DNA from: Eledone cirrhosa | Taxonomy: Eukaryota | NCBI GenBank assembly: GCA_964016885.1 | Contig: OZ024742.1 | Span: forward strand, 141,298,001-141,362,000 | DNA: 64,000 nucleotides | Direction: 5' to 3' | Shown here: positions 26,661-40,452 of the stretch, in pieces | Numbering within the stretch: position 1 is the first letter of the stretch | Layout of the letters: the number at the start of each line of letters is the position of its first letter | Made by a program: the position numbers and the translations under genes | Notes under the pieces: generated by a model | Databases searched by the model: none | What the model was told of the DNA's origin: nothing | Seen by the model: only the letters and a program-made list of their open reading frames with translations

Positions 26661-27675
26661 TAGGACAATGGTGTGTATAAAGATATTGTCACTCTACCAT
26701 CCATTTAATACCAGATCTCACTCACTCCTTTTATCTCTCTTGCAGTCTCTTTTCATACACAATCGCATACATTTAGATACATAAACATAGAGTATCAGCC
26801 AACCCATTGTAAATGCACTAGGGAAGTAAATGTACAGATATATAAAAAAGAAAACTTCCATTTAATTAACCGTAAAAAAATGAATGAGTGAATTCAACAA
26901 TGCATGTGTATGTATGATATACCGATTTTATATATACACAATATAGCTATGAAAATGAAACGATATGCAACTATGTATGCCTCTTTCTCTTTGTACACAT
27001 GTATGTATGTATGTATGTATGTATGTATGTATGTATGTATGTATGTATGTATGTATGTATGTATGTATGTATGTAGGTATGTATGTATGTATGTATATAG
27101 ACACATCATATACAAGAGCATACCGTAACATTTATATATACATTCACGACATTACATGCATATAGAAAACCCTATTTTAAGACGTACTATATATTTCTAT
27201 TTTCTAAAAATAATAACAAAAAATAAAAATAAATGCTTCCCCGAAACAAGATGAATATAGAAATGAAAAGAAGAAACAGAAAAGACGCCAACATTGATAT
27301 TATTTCGAAACGATCTTAATTCAATTAAATGTCCTGCAAGCGATACCCTAAAAATAAATAAATAAATAATAAATAGATATCTAAATGAATAATATATTAT
27401 TCTTAAAATGTAAAAGTGAATACATACTGCAAAAGACATCAATTTAAAATTAGGAATTCAAAATTAGATGTAAAATAACTACTTTCTTTCAATATATGAA
27501 GAACTAATGAAACTGGATTCATTCTATTCATTGGCTGTACTGTGTTCTGTTGTAAGTGTAACTGTTGAACTGATGACAAAATGGCCGACATTTGGCGGTG
27601 GATTACAGACAGTACCGGCTTGAGGCCATTTCATTTCATTTCATTATATATATATATATGTATACATGTATGGTT

Positions 27676-28050
27676 ATGTATGTATGTATGTATGTATGTA
27701 TGTATGTATGTATGTATGTATGTATGTATGTATGTATGTATGTATGTATGTACGTATGTATCTACGTACGTATGTATGTACGTACGTACATACGTACGTA
27801 TGTATGTATCTACGTACGTATGTATGTATCTACGTACGTATGTATGTACGTATGTATGTATGTATGTATGTATGTATGTATGTATGTATGTATGTATGTA
27901 TGTATGTATGTATGTATGTATGCATGTATGTATGTTCGTTTGTATGTACATACGTACGTATGTGTGTATCTTCGTACGTGTGTATGTACATACGTACGTA
28001 CGTGTGTATGTACATACGTACATACGAATGTATGCATGTATGTATGTATT
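27676..28050. repeat. (ATGT)n microsatellite with TACG/TATC variants
   Basis: Seen directly. Other (ATGT)n tracts at 26998-27095, 34098-34193, 49490-49605, 54037-54135 and 55394-55480. Confidence 0.95.
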
Positions 28051-28183
28051 TATGTTCGTTCTTCTGTTTTTATCATTTTATAACTTTCCGCCATTAGAAA
28101 GAAAGCCGGTTTCTAACACAGAATAAGGCACCTTCATTGGAATTCATACAGCATCAACTAGGTAAATATGCGGGCGTATGTGT

Positions 28184-28219
<36 letters not shown>

Positions 28220-28363
28220 ATGTATGGATGTATGAATGAAAGGAAGCAAATCTACGAACACAGACAAATACACCATATATATATATATATATATTTAAAG
28301 AAATAATTAAATTCTGGCCTTGGATCTTCAGGAAATATATAAAAACATAAATTTTAAAAGCCC

Positions 28364-28441
<78 letters not shown>

Positions 28442-28692
28442 AATGAAAATAGAGAAATTAATGTAAGCAAAAAGCCGACAATAATTCAGACATATAAGTG
28501 ACTACAACTTCAAGATGAACATTTTTTAACGTAAGATATGGGATAAATAATTCAATCTTAATTCAAAACAAGTCAAGAAAAACATTTTATCCTTAGACTT
28601 TGTGTAAGCTGGGGAAAAACACCAATACAATCTTAACTCAAAATAAAATTAAGAAGAAATACTTAACCGTCAATTTGGGGAAATCTACAAAT

Positions 28693-28772
28693 GCACTATA
28701 TAGTCTTAAAAGACTATTTCACGAAACTTTTCAGTTGGGTTAGTCACGGTTGGCGTCGTTCATCAGTAGTGC
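28693..28772 (-). ncRNA. Type I hammerhead ribozyme with full hairpin helix III
   Basis: Minus strand: gcacta-CTGATGA-acga..tcgt-GAAA-tagtctt.tt.aagacta-TA-tagtgc. All three helices are Watson-Crick. Confidence 0.85.
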
Positions 28773-28985
28773 TCAATGCATTAACTAAAATGCCAGAGGG
28801 GAATTTAAAAGCAGGAAAGTGAACAGCGTGTTGAATTGAAATAACAAAATACACGTGGACACAGACTAGTGATGCCGGGATGAAACGAAAATCTGTTTAC
28901 AAGAAACACCAGTCAAAACATTCCGAAAAAACTCAACAAAAAATGGAGTTCAGCATAAGCAATATTATCGCAGTATTTTTAAAAT

Positions 28986-29024
<39 letters not shown>

Positions 29025-29320
29025 GGAGGAAGTTATAGTTCACTTGAAGCATTGTGTAATGAGGTATAAACGTTTGTATATGTATAATAAAGCCAAACAA
29101 TGCAGGTATGGACATAGAATAAAGAATGCAAATGCAAAAGATATTGTTGACAATTAGTCTTTTACCTTAGATTTACTTAAATGTCCTTAATTTTCGAGAT
29201 AATATCTCTTCTTCGGAGGGAAGTAAAGCAGTTAAACCAGTGTTCTAAATAGCTTGCCAAGTCATGCTGACAGGAAATGGTATAGAGTATCTGTTCTATC
29301 TCTAATATCAAAGAGTTAGC

Positions 29321-31677
29321 TACATACAAAAATTCAGCCTAAGAAAACTCATACAACACCTACACCGCACGCTACAACAACACATACGAACTATTTCCAG
29401 CCTTGTACCACAACTCGCTGAAACCCCAGAACCTCTGTCCAGTGTTATCTCCGCCGCTATAGACAGGTCATACCATCATCGCCGAGACTACGAGAAAATA
29501 CGCCTAACGCAAAAATTTCTCAAACTCAGCACGGCTAACCGTCTTAACAACATCCCAACTCTAAGCACCAACAGAGGCGAACAAGACGGTACCAACACCG
29601 AACCTAGCGGCGCCCCGACCAACAACACACCTGACGCAAAACACCTCGTCACAGACTTGACAGGATCCCTCTCCCGACAGGAATTAGACCTCCTCAGCCT
29701 GGGTCCCAAGTTCATATTGAGACAGAGACTGAACGACAAATTATGGCTCGACATAGAAACGAATTTCTGTCGGGCTGCCTACCAACTAAAATGGATATCG
29801 ACTCTCGGCAACAACACCACGGAACCTAACAAACCCAGATTCCCGATATACCAACTGGATCGCCCACTCTGTCCACTGCCTGCCAACCGCGAGCTTGAAG
29901 AAAAACTCTCGAGGCTAAAACATTCCGTATTTAACATCTTTCGGAAACAGAAGAAGATAGCCCCAAACCTCTCCAGGACACAACAACTCGCCCTGAAGAA
30001 CCTACGGAATAGGGAACTTATATACTTACCATCCGACAAAGGTAAAGAGTTTTGCGTCATCTCTCAAGCCACATACAACAACCTAGCCTTTGAACACCTA
30101 AGCGACAATGAACTATATACAGAGATCCCGGACATGACTGCAGCCCAGATCGAAAAACAGACCAACTCCATCTGGTTCGACATCTGTAAGAGAAGACAAC
30201 TCCCAAATAAAGTTAAGCTCAACTACACCACTAGAAATAGTAGACTGCCCACTTTCTACCACCTCATCAAGACCCACAAGAATAGTACTAAGACACAAAT
30301 AAGACCCATCGTCTCTAGCATAGAAGGACCCCTATACAAAATTTCCTGGCTCCTCTCCCAGGTCCTCAAGCCTCTACTCTCCACCTTTCCCGGGCACGTC
30401 AATAGCTCCGACGAAGTCATACGTAGACTACACCAACTCCAGCCAGAACAACTTAAACTAAATAGATACGCTTTTAGCCTCGATGTTGTCTCCCTCTACA
30501 CTACAGCCCCCGCTCATCCAGCTGTCGATTTATTGACGGACTGCGTGGTCGCAGAGGACATCTACTACTACGGCCTCCTTCCGACGGCCATACACCAGCT
30601 TTTGTCCTTCACAGTGGACAACACGTACTTCACCTTCCACCACCACACATACAGACAGACAACAGGATTACCCATGGGATCCAGCCTATCGGGCCTGCTG
30701 GCCATCACCTATATGAACCAGCTAGAATGCCGAGCCCTCAACACCTGCCATTCCCATACCTTCTTCACCCGATATGTAGATGACATACTCATCCTTACAT
30801 CATCCCGTGAGGAGGCGGATAAAATATACACAACATTCTCCATGGACTCCAGTATAAAGTTCAGCATGGAACACCCCGATGACCGCGGATCCCTATCCCT
30901 ACTGGACTTCCAACTCAGGTTAACAGAGGAAGGCAAAATCCACACTTGCTTCTATAAAAAAGCCGCCAGCAGGGACCTGTTCGTACATTTCAGATCGGCC
31001 CTCCCAGCCAGCGCTAAGTTCGGATACATAAGGAATGAACTACACGTATCCGGAACAAATGCACCGACGCTAGAGACCGAGACACACACACCACACATTT
31101 CCTGGAAGTACTCAAACTGAACGGATACACGACATCCACCACAAACCGTGCCAGAAAGAACAGAGGACACCACACCCGAGGCACTAACACTTGCTTTCTG
31201 AAGCTCCCACACTTCAGTGACGAAACAACAACAGCCATCCGCAGAGCTATCAGACGAGAGGGACTAGATATCCAACTGGCCCACTCAGGTCCTTCTCTAC
31301 GCGGACAGCTAACCAAAAGACACTCCACCAGACATGACAACCGCTGCAGGCTAGCCAACTGCCCCATCAACGACACAGACCTATGCCACCAGGCTTACAT
31401 CGTATACAGACTAGAGTGCGACAAATGCAGCAACTTCTACGTAGGTAGCACCACCAGACCACTCCACATAAGAATAAAAGAACACCTCAATACTAACGCT
31501 TCCTCATTTAAGAAACACCTAGTTAAATGCAAAAACACCGACAAAACCATAACAGTTAGCATAGAAACTAAGGAAAGAAACCTCGGCAATCTTAGAATTA
31601 AGGAAGCACTAATTATAGACAAAACACAACCACCAATCAATAATAGACTAGAACTCAACACCCAATTTATAACTTGA
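29321..31677 (+). pseudogene. PLE reverse transcriptase + GIY-YIG endonuclease, one frameshift near 31044
   Basis: Frame is open from the pLTR junction. SDKG, IRPIVS, SLDVVSLYT, GLPMGS, RYVDDI, LSLLDF. After the frameshift: CRLANC..C, IVYRLECDKC..FYVGSTTRPLHIRIKEH; stop TGA at 31675-31677. Confidence 0.92.
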
Positions 31678-31731
31678 TAGAGCATCTAGCCCCATATTTA
31701 CAGCTCCTCCCACACACACGCACACACACGC

Positions 31732-31780
<49 letters not shown>

Positions 31781-32106
31781 TACACCTACAATTATTCTCT
31801 CTTACACACACACATATACACACACAAAGACCAGTTCTAACACGAGATAACATCTATCCCCCACATTTACGTATAGACATATCTTCTCACACTCACACAC
31901 ACATACTTACACCTTCACGCATTCTCCAACACACTTAAACAGGCATGTACAAAAACAACAACCCCAAAAAAGCTTTTTAAAGGGTGACTACTCTTTATCC
32001 ACCTAACCTTAACTCTTTGATATTAGAGATAGAACAGATACTCTATACCATTTCCTGTCAGCATGACTTGGCAAGCTATTTAGAACACTGGTTTAATCGC
32101 TTTACT

Positions 32107-32143
32107 TCCTCCGAAGAAGAGATATTATCTCGAAAATTAAGGA
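32107..32143 (+). ncRNA. Minimal PLE hammerhead in the pLTR (mirror copy ~29184-29221 on minus strand)
   Basis: tcct-CCGAAGAa-gaga.tatta.tctc-GAAA-at-TA-agga; U4C and extra-A core variant. Confidence 0.6.
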
Positions 32144-32256
32144 CATTTAAATAAATCTAAGGTAAAAGACTAATTCGCAACAATATCTTTTGCATTTGCA
32201 TTCTTTATTCTATGTCCATACCTGCATTGTTTTGGCTTTATTATACATATACAAAC

Positions 32257-32309
<53 letters not shown>

Positions 32310-32515
32310 TGAGATTCTACAGGATATATATATATACCATAACAAAAATATACTTTTCGTCACATCACCAGTCTGACAAGCAGATCGATACTGGAGTCGG
32401 GTCCATAACTCGTATGGGGTACCTTGAGCCATTCCTCTGCGAAAAGTGCGTAATAGCTCGATACACAATAATTATTTTTTATATGTAAAACGAAACATCC
32501 TCGTTTTTTTTCTAT

Positions 32516-32598
<83 letters not shown>

Positions 32599-32719
32599 CT
32601 GTGTCTGTGTGTGTGCTCGCGCGCGCGTGTGTGTATGTGTGTGTGTTTGTATATGTGTGTGTGTATATATATATGTGTGTATGTATATATGTGCGTATAT
32701 ATATGTATATATATATATA

Positions 32720-33430
32720 TATTGTTATACTTGGGGAGCGTCATATTGTTGTAATAATATTGCCAGAAATAATAACAGAACACACTCACTGTTTGGTTGG
32801 TTTTCGCTTCTGCATCTTTTATATCTCCATAGTTAATTCATTTGGCATGCTATAGGGGCCAGTATCAAAACCACCCGAAAGGGTCACATATTTAAACTCA
32901 ATGAAAAGATCCACACCCAAAATGAGGGACCAACCATTGGCGTCAGCACAGAAGCAAAAACCAACCAAACAGTGAGTGTGTTCTGTCATTATTTCTGGCA
33001 ATATTATTACAACAATATGTCCCTCCTCAAGTATAACAATATTTGTTTCGACACACGATTTCATATCAAAAACCTCGCAAAACAAATATATATATATTGC
33101 CAGAAATAATAACAGAACACACTCACTGTTTGGTTGGTTTTCGCTTCTGCATCTTTTATATCTCCATAGTTAATTCATTTGGCATGCTATAGGGGCCAGT
33201 ATCAAAACCACCCGAAAGGGTCACATATTTAAACTCAATGAAAAGATCCACACCCAAAATGAGGGACCAACCATTGGCGTCAGCACAGAAGCAAAAACCA
33301 ACCAAACAGTGAGTGTGTTCTGTCATTATTTCTGGCAATATTATTACAACAATATGTCCCTCCCCAAGTATAACAATATTTGTTTCGACACACGATTTCA
33401 TATCAAAAACCTCGCAAAACAAATATATAT
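32720..33430. repeat. Tandemly duplicated fold-back element (337-bp period)
   Basis: Inverted arms 32720-32812 and 32949-33041. The unit repeats nearly identically from 33098. Confidence 0.9.
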
Positions 33431-33488
33431 ATAAAATAATTAAGTCAAATATGTAAAATTTGGCTTCGTTTATTATAAATTAAAAATT

Positions 33489-33543
33489 ACTGCTATATAT
33501 ATTTCGGTGACAGCCGTCATTGGCTGTGACCTCTTCAGGCAGT
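33489..33543 (-). ncRNA. Type I hammerhead ribozyme
   Basis: actgc-CTGAAGA-ggtcacagcc.aatgac.ggctgtcacc-GAAA-tatata-TA-gcagt. Confidence 0.85.
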
Positions 33544-33966
33544 TCGAATTGACTTAATTATTTTACATTACTCCGGAGTAAACAAACCAATCTGCGTACT
33601 TCGTCGAATGCTCCAATCTGCATACTGAAGTGTCGGTAAACAACCAACATATACTAAAAAAAACAAAAAAAAACAACAATATATATATATGTATATATAT
33701 ATATTTGTGTGTATATATAAGTATATATATATTTGTTTGTATATATATAAAGAAATTTTAGCCTGATAGTAGGGTTTAGAATCCTCTAAGAAATGGAAAA
33801 AGATGAGTATTGACGGTTTACCCAACTATCAGGCTAAAATTTCTTTAGTCAACAGATACGGCGAAAACGTTTATTTCTAATTTCAAACTCGCTCGCTGTT
33901 TCAAAACACACACACACACATATATATATGTTTATATATATATATCTATATGAAACACAAATTTCA

Positions 33967-34097
33967 TGGATCCATTTTTTATTTGATAGATCCATCAATT
34001 AAAAAACGGATCCATCAAATGAAAAATGGATCACTCAAATAAAAAATAGATCCATCAAATAAAAAATGGATCACCCAAATAAAACGGGATCACCCAA
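33967..34097. repeat. ~19-20-bp minisatellite (AAAAAATGGATCCATCAAAT), first unit inverted
   Basis: About 6 degenerate units seen directly. Confidence 0.8.
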
Positions 34098-34588
34098 ATG
34101 TATGTATGTATGTATGTATGTATGTATGTATGTATGTATGTATGTATGTATGTATGTATGTATGTATGTATGTATGTATGTATGTATGTATGTAGGGAGC
34201 TTATAGATAGGACAACACACGGTGTCTTTTCGTGGGGTAAGTTTTTAATTAATTTTTGTATTCTGAAACATCAAAATACAACAATTTGTTGGTCACTGGA
34301 CTCGGGAATGTCACGACAGAAGTTTGTGGAAGTTACACAAATATTTTAGTATATTTTAGCAGAGCAATCCTTATTTATATTTTACATTTTACATTTACTT
34401 ACATCTCAATATAACATGGCTAAAATTCAAATTTTGCAAAGAGAAGAAAACGGTCAAATGAACTAGATACATCGCACTGTCCCCCCGCCACCACAATAAC
34501 TTCTACACTCTCTCCCCACCATCACATGTAATTACCCTATCTAGACTAAAGTCATCGACCTGTTGTCAAACTCTCTACTCTCTGTTGA

Positions 34589-34638
<50 letters not shown>

Positions 34639-34942
34639 ATATACATCACTCAGTCAAACGACCAGATTTCAACCCCAACATCTACAACAACAACACCGGC
34701 ACTAATGTTTATAGCAACAACAGCTTCAGAATGAACTGAAATGAACATTTACAACAACAACAACAACAGCGGCATCAAAAGATTAAAAAAAAAGAAAAAG
34801 AAGGGAACCCCCCCCCCTCAAAATAACAATACACACACACACACACGCACACAACACAACAACAACATCAACTGCCACCACCACCACTACCGCCGCCGCC
34901 ATCACCATCACCAGCGACCGGGCCTTAAGAAAACAACTTTAA

Positions 34943-35097
34943 TAATAATTTTTCTGCTTTTGGCACGGATCCAGCGACTGGCCCAGCGCATCACTGGTAC
35001 TCTCTTTTGTTGACTCCGTGGGGATGAACGGCAAGGTTGACCTCGGCGGGATTTGGGCTCAGAGCGTGGAGGGCCGTGACTCTATGCTGTAAAGCAA
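34943..35097 (-). mobile_element. SINE family B, partial
   Basis: GGCAAGGTTGACCTCGGCGGGATTTGGGCTCAGA is the reverse complement of the family B body at 60718-60752. Confidence 0.75.
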
Positions 35098-35273
35098 TTA
35101 TAATAATACTGGACTGTAGTACGATCGGCTTCAACTATACAAACTCTTGAAAGTCAACAGTTGACATAATCTTGTAATCTTGTATCAGTAATGACGGTAA
35201 TATATATATATATATACGTGGGAAAGTAAAAAAATTGGAGAATAGACCGTTAAAACATGTTTATTTAAAATAT

Positions 35274-35313
35274 CACCTACGTACGTTTCACCCAGTTGGG
35301 CTTCTCAAGGGCA
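35274..35313 (-). ncRNA. Minimal hammerhead, U3/A8 variant
   Basis: tgccc-TTGAGAA-gccc.aact.gggt-GAAA-cgtacg-TA-ggtg; helix I weak. Confidence 0.55.
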
Positions 35314-35689
35314 TAAATAATCACAAGTGTTCCTTATATTGCTTGGAAAGAGTTTTTGGGGTTAAATCCACATCAAGGCTCATTGCTCGCAAAAATATTG
35401 CTCGCAAAAATATTGGCATACGCTACTTGGCAAATAACTATATGTATCACCTATCCCCCCTTTTTTCTCTTTCTCTTTCTCGATACGTAAATACTATATA
35501 TATATATATATGTGTGTGTGAGTGAGTAGAGTAGCGTGTGTGTGTTTGTTTGTATGTATGAGTGTTGCTATGTGCGCGCATATGTATGCGCGTGTGTGTA
35601 TGTCGTACGTATAAGTGTCAATAAGTGATTTTTTTATTTTTTTTTTATTTTGCGCGGGGACATAGAAATAATCGGGCTGGATGCCCGAT

Positions 35690-35930
35690 CGCGCAGTTCA
35701 ACCACTGGGAGTGAAGAACCCCTAGCCCTTGTCAGGGCATTCTTCTAGGAGAAGGCATCTCAGGAAACTGGGTTAACTCCGACATAAAACCTGCGGCTCA
35801 GTAGTTACCGATGATGTTGATCTTTTCTTCTTTTCGGGTTATAGCTACTGTCGCTCAGAGAGTGGGATTGGCTCAGTGCACAGTCTTTCCTCACTTTAAA
35901 AATATTCGTCACGCACAGGCATTGCACGAG
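35690..35930 (+). mobile_element. RTE-5'UTR-like non-autonomous element, partial copy of 57065-57495
   Basis: High identity to 57255-57495; AGGGCATTCTTCTAGGAGAAGGC..TAAAACC motif resembles RTE 5' UTRs. Confidence 0.65.
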
Positions 35931-35956
35931 TGCATTAATAATTATTAATAGTGTAC

Positions 35957-38900
35957 TATTATTATTATTTGCATTTATCTTGCTTTATGTTTATACGAGT
36001 TATCACCAAGTCACAACCAGTGACCTCAAGAGACAACAAGGTCCGCCATGTTCAAGAAAGAACATACATATTCACACATGCATCCTTAGTGTTTAGACTT
36101 GTGATGTACTTATATTGACAGGATCTTCCTTAGTATATGGGCAGTTCCCATTAGTACTATCTTTTGTATTTCTCCTATACGCGGGTTTCCTGGGATTTGC
36201 GATAAGTAGTCGTTAGACCCCTTAGGTATCATTCCCAGAGCGCCTACAACCACTGGTATTGTTTTAGTTCTCAATTTCCACATTTTTCCAATTTCTATCT
36301 CCAGGTCCTTATACTTGCTAAATTTTTCAAATGTTTTTATAGATACATTCTTGTCTATTGGAACAGACATATCAATTAGCAGGCATACCCTCATTTGAAA
36401 GTCCTTCAATATTATATCAGGTCTATTTGCATCTATTTTTCGGTCTGTTTGGATGCTAAAGTTCCACAAGATTGAGATGTGATCTTTTTCAAGTATGGGA
36501 GGTGGTTGATGCTCCCACCAATTCTTTTGATGGGGCAGGTCAAAATGCTTACACATTATCCAATGTATGTATTGTGCAGCTCTGTCATGCCTGTTTAAGT
36601 ATTCGGTAGGAGCTATAGGACTGCACATTGAAATTATATGGTCAATGGTCTCTGGTTGTTTTTTGCATACACGGCATAATGGGCTGCACCCATTTTTTAT
36701 TATGTTGGCTTGGTAATTTTTTGTTGGCAGACACTGATCTTGTGCCGATATAATCAGTCCTTCAGTCTCCGATTTCAGTCCAGAGGATGCCAACCACTGA
36801 TGGGTTAAAGTTTTGTCAACATCAGGATTGTTAGCTCGCTCTGGGTATTTTCCATACAGAGGCTTTTCTTGCCATTTCTTAGCCAGTTTCGGTAGCAGTT
36901 CTTTCTTTGCAGTTACTTTTACCTGCTTTGCTTTTTCTGTGTTTTCCATTTCAGCAGTAAATGGGACTTCTGAAATTTGTAGTCCATTACTGTATCTTTG
37001 TGCATCTTTTGTAATGGAATATGATCTTTTGGTGCTTTCGTGTTTCAAAACGAGTTTGATCATCCAATCATGTGATTCCCTTAGATATGTGGATAATCCA
37101 ATTGTTGCAGTTTTCAACGCAATGTCTAACTGGATTAACCCACGTCCTCCTTCTTTCCTAGGGAGATATATTCTATCTATGTCTGCCTTAGGGTGATGCA
37201 TTCTGTGCATGGTTAAGAATTTTCGGATTTTTGTATCGAGCCTACGGATCTCTGTGCTTGACCAGTTGATGACATTGTAACTGTAGGTTACTACTGGTAT
37301 GGCAAGCGTGTTTATGGCATCGATCCTATTCCTTGCATTCAATTCCGTTCTTAAGATTGCTCTGACTCTGCGGTAACATTCCTTCCTTACCCTTTCCCTC
37401 ATTGTCGAGTGCTTGATTCCGTCTCCTTCACAAACACCTAGATATTTGTAAGTTTTTTCTTGATCAAGCTCTCTTATCACGTTCCCCCGATCAAGATTAA
37501 TGTCTGAACTCTTCAGCAGCTTTCCTCTGCTGAACGTTGCTTTGGCGCATTTATCCAGTCCAAACTCCATTATAATGTCATCACTGAACTGCTTCACAGT
37601 GGATAATAGCCCTTGCAATTGTTCATCATTTTTTGCAAATAGTTTCAGGTCATCCATGTAGAACAGGTGATTAATGGTTTTGTCATAGACTCTATATCCA
37701 TGTTTTGTTTCATTGAGCATTTTACTTAATGGTATAAGTGCGATGCAGAATAAAAGCGGTGATAAAGAGTCACCCTGAAAAATTCCACAATTAATGCTAA
37801 CTTCTCCAGCTTCCAGTGATTTTGTTTCACTATTCAAAAGGAGTGTCGTTCTCCATGTCCTCATACTGAATGACAAAAACCTCCTGACAACGGGGGATAT
37901 TTTGAAAATCTCTAAACATTTTTCAATCCAACTGTGTGGCAAACTATCGAATGCTTTTTTATAATCTATCCAAGCAATCGATAGATTTTTGTGTCTATTA
38001 TGACAATCTTCCAGTACCATTTTGTTAACCAGAAGCTGATCCTTACAGCCATATGAGCCTCGTTTACACCCTTTCTGCTCAATGGGAAATAGGTCATTTG
38101 TTATCAGGTGGTCATATGTGTATTCAGTTAGGACTGATGTTAAAATTTTATACATTGTGGTCAAGCAGGTTATCGGTCTGTAATTTTGGGGATTGTTTGT
38201 CTCATCATTCTTCGGTAGTAGGAATGTAATGCCGTTAACTAGCCATGATGGTATCTTTTCTGGCTCCTTAACTATTTCATTGTAAAGTTGGGCTAACAGC
38301 TCATGAGACTCTGTGAAGGCATTTATCCAAAAGTTTTGTATTTTGTCTTTTCCTGGGGATTTCCATTTGCTGGTTTTTCTTAGAGCCAAGCGCAGCTGTT
38401 CAACTGTTATATTTTCCTATGTTTGTTCTTCAAGGTGAGCTGTTTCTTTCATTTGTCTGTCTATCCATGGGGCATGTATGTTATGAACTTTTTCTTCGGC
38501 CCAGATCTTTTCCCAGAATTCTTGCACTTCCTCCTTGGGTGGTATTGATTTAGCAGTTATTGTTGACTTACCAATTTTTCTGTAGAAGTTTCTTTGGTTG
38601 TTTTTGAACATATTATTGTCCTTATAGAATCTAGATCGTTTTTCAAAGCGCCTTATACGAGCAGCTTTGGCCGACACTTTTTGCTTGATTGTTTCTATCA
38701 GCATGTCTATGTCACATGTTGATCTTATACTGTACTTTTTTTTCAATTTTCTAAGTTTAGTTTGTTTAACATGTTCACCTACTTTATAGTTTGTTAAAAT
38801 TTCTATGTCAGATCGGAGAAGGTTTATTTGGCGATTGATGTTATCTTGCCAAGTAGATTTCTTGTGGGAATTCCTTTGTTTTTTCATCTTCACTCCACAT

Positions 38901-39930
38901 AAGTGAGTGGTGACTTTAGCCGATGCATAATAGAGATGATTTAAGTCAGTAATGTTTAGTTTGTTTGTGATGATAATGTTTTTGAGAATTATGTTAGTCT
39001 TGTGTATTATCTTTTGGTTCTGTTTGGAGTTCTGGATCTTAGGGAGGGTGTCTCGTTGCCCCAATGTCAGATTCTTTCATTTTCATCCATTCGATCATAA
39101 TTTCATCCTTCAAGTTGGCAAGTTCATTCTCATTCATTTCTTTATCATTTACGATCTCATTATTTTCATTTGGAGTTTCATCCTGAGCATGCACTCCCTC
39201 CACTTTTTCGCTCCTTTCTTTAATTTGTTCTGTTGCCAGTGATTCCGCCCCAACCCTGGGATTCGAAGTGTTACAGTTTACCTCGTTTTCACTGACACAT
39301 GCTTCATTTTCCCTTCGCTGACTTTGTGCTACTAGCTTGATCTGATCAATTTCTATATCAGTTAGTAACTTTTTTCTTACAATATTTCTTCGTATATTGG
39401 CTAGTTTGTTACTGTCAATATAGCCTCTGTTTTCGGGATGTTTCTTTTTCCAGTTGATATATGTTTGTTCTGTATTCGATGTATTTGATGGGTAGTACAT
39501 GACAGTGTAGAAAGCCTCAAGGACTTCTTTATTATCTTCCCTTGACCATTTTTCTCTCTTTTTCTTTGGATTTCTTGGTGGTGAGCATGGAGGGCCAACA
39601 GTAGGAGTATTCCGGTTATGGGAGGTCTCCAGCTCCGAAGTGATGGGAAGGTTTGAACCATTAGCTGATTTTTCGACCCCAGTCTGGTTCCTCTCTGAGG
39701 GACGCGGCCCCTTTTTTACCCGGGTGACGGCCGATCCGGTATGAGATTTTATCATTAGACATTTACTTTATTTTGTCGCGTTTTATCCTTATCCGCCAAG
39801 GGGTAATCATTTCGTGTTACCACTTCTAGAACGAGTGTCAACCAAGACTAGAGGGGTCGTTCTCCCCTAGAGACATGGCTATTCCCCGCCGGCCGCCATC
39901 CCGGTATTTCTTGGTCACGGGGTTTTCTTT
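35957..39930 (-). mobile_element. R4/Dong-like RLE non-LTR retrotransposon 1, near full length
   Basis: Single ORF from 39755 with a frameshift near 39065 and an in-frame TAG at 38417-38419. RT motifs YRPITCL, DYKKAFDS, GIFQGDSLSP, YMDD; CRVC..H..C knuckle; RHD, NRPD, K..KY RLE motifs. (TAA)n tail. Confidence 0.92.
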
Positions 39931-40452
39931 TTGTTGTTTTTTTTTAAAATTGTTATTATCATGAGTGGTTCCTTAATGTGAGCATTGCGTGGCTTAAGAA
40001 TGAAATTATTAATCATTGTCTCCACTCCAGGCACAAGGCCAGCAATCACCCAGTGCATTACAATAATATAATATACTTTTTGTTGTAGTTGGCTGTTATT
40101 GTTGTTGGCTATGTCGGTGGTGGTGCCGGGGCTTTTTATATTGTTGGTGAGGAAGGGGGGGGGGGTGTGAGCCAGCAGTCCCATAATTGTTGATGTAGAC
40201 GTTTGGCCGTGGCAAGGTCACCAAGTCAATCTATTTATATCTTTTGCTAGCCTCTCTCTTGTCTAGTGCTACCGCCACCTTCCCTTTTCTCTCTCAAGTT
40301 AACAGGGGAATAGTGTCAGTAGTATTGAATGAGTGGTGGCGGCGATGATGGATGTGGTGGGGTGGTGGCAGCGGTGGTGTTGTGGTTACTGATATAGTAT
40401 CTATGAGTTTGTGTTCGTATGTTTAATATATATTTTTTATTAATAATATATA

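Larger units (their letters stand above)
29065..32263 (+). mobile_element. Penelope-like element, 5'-truncated, with inverted pLTRs
   Basis: ~250-bp inverted repeats at 29065-29318 and 32010-32263 enclose an RT + GIY-YIG ORF and a CA-rich 3' UTR. Ends in (TA)n. Confidence 0.93.

Noticed and set aside
29321-31677. Selenocysteine recoding (as in some Naiad PLEs)
   Set aside because: The ORF break is a frameshift, not an in-frame UGA in the conserved frame.
32370-32456. CTGACAA-gcag..ctgc-GAAA hammerhead-like motif
   Set aside because: C3/A8 mismatch and no helix I or III pairing.
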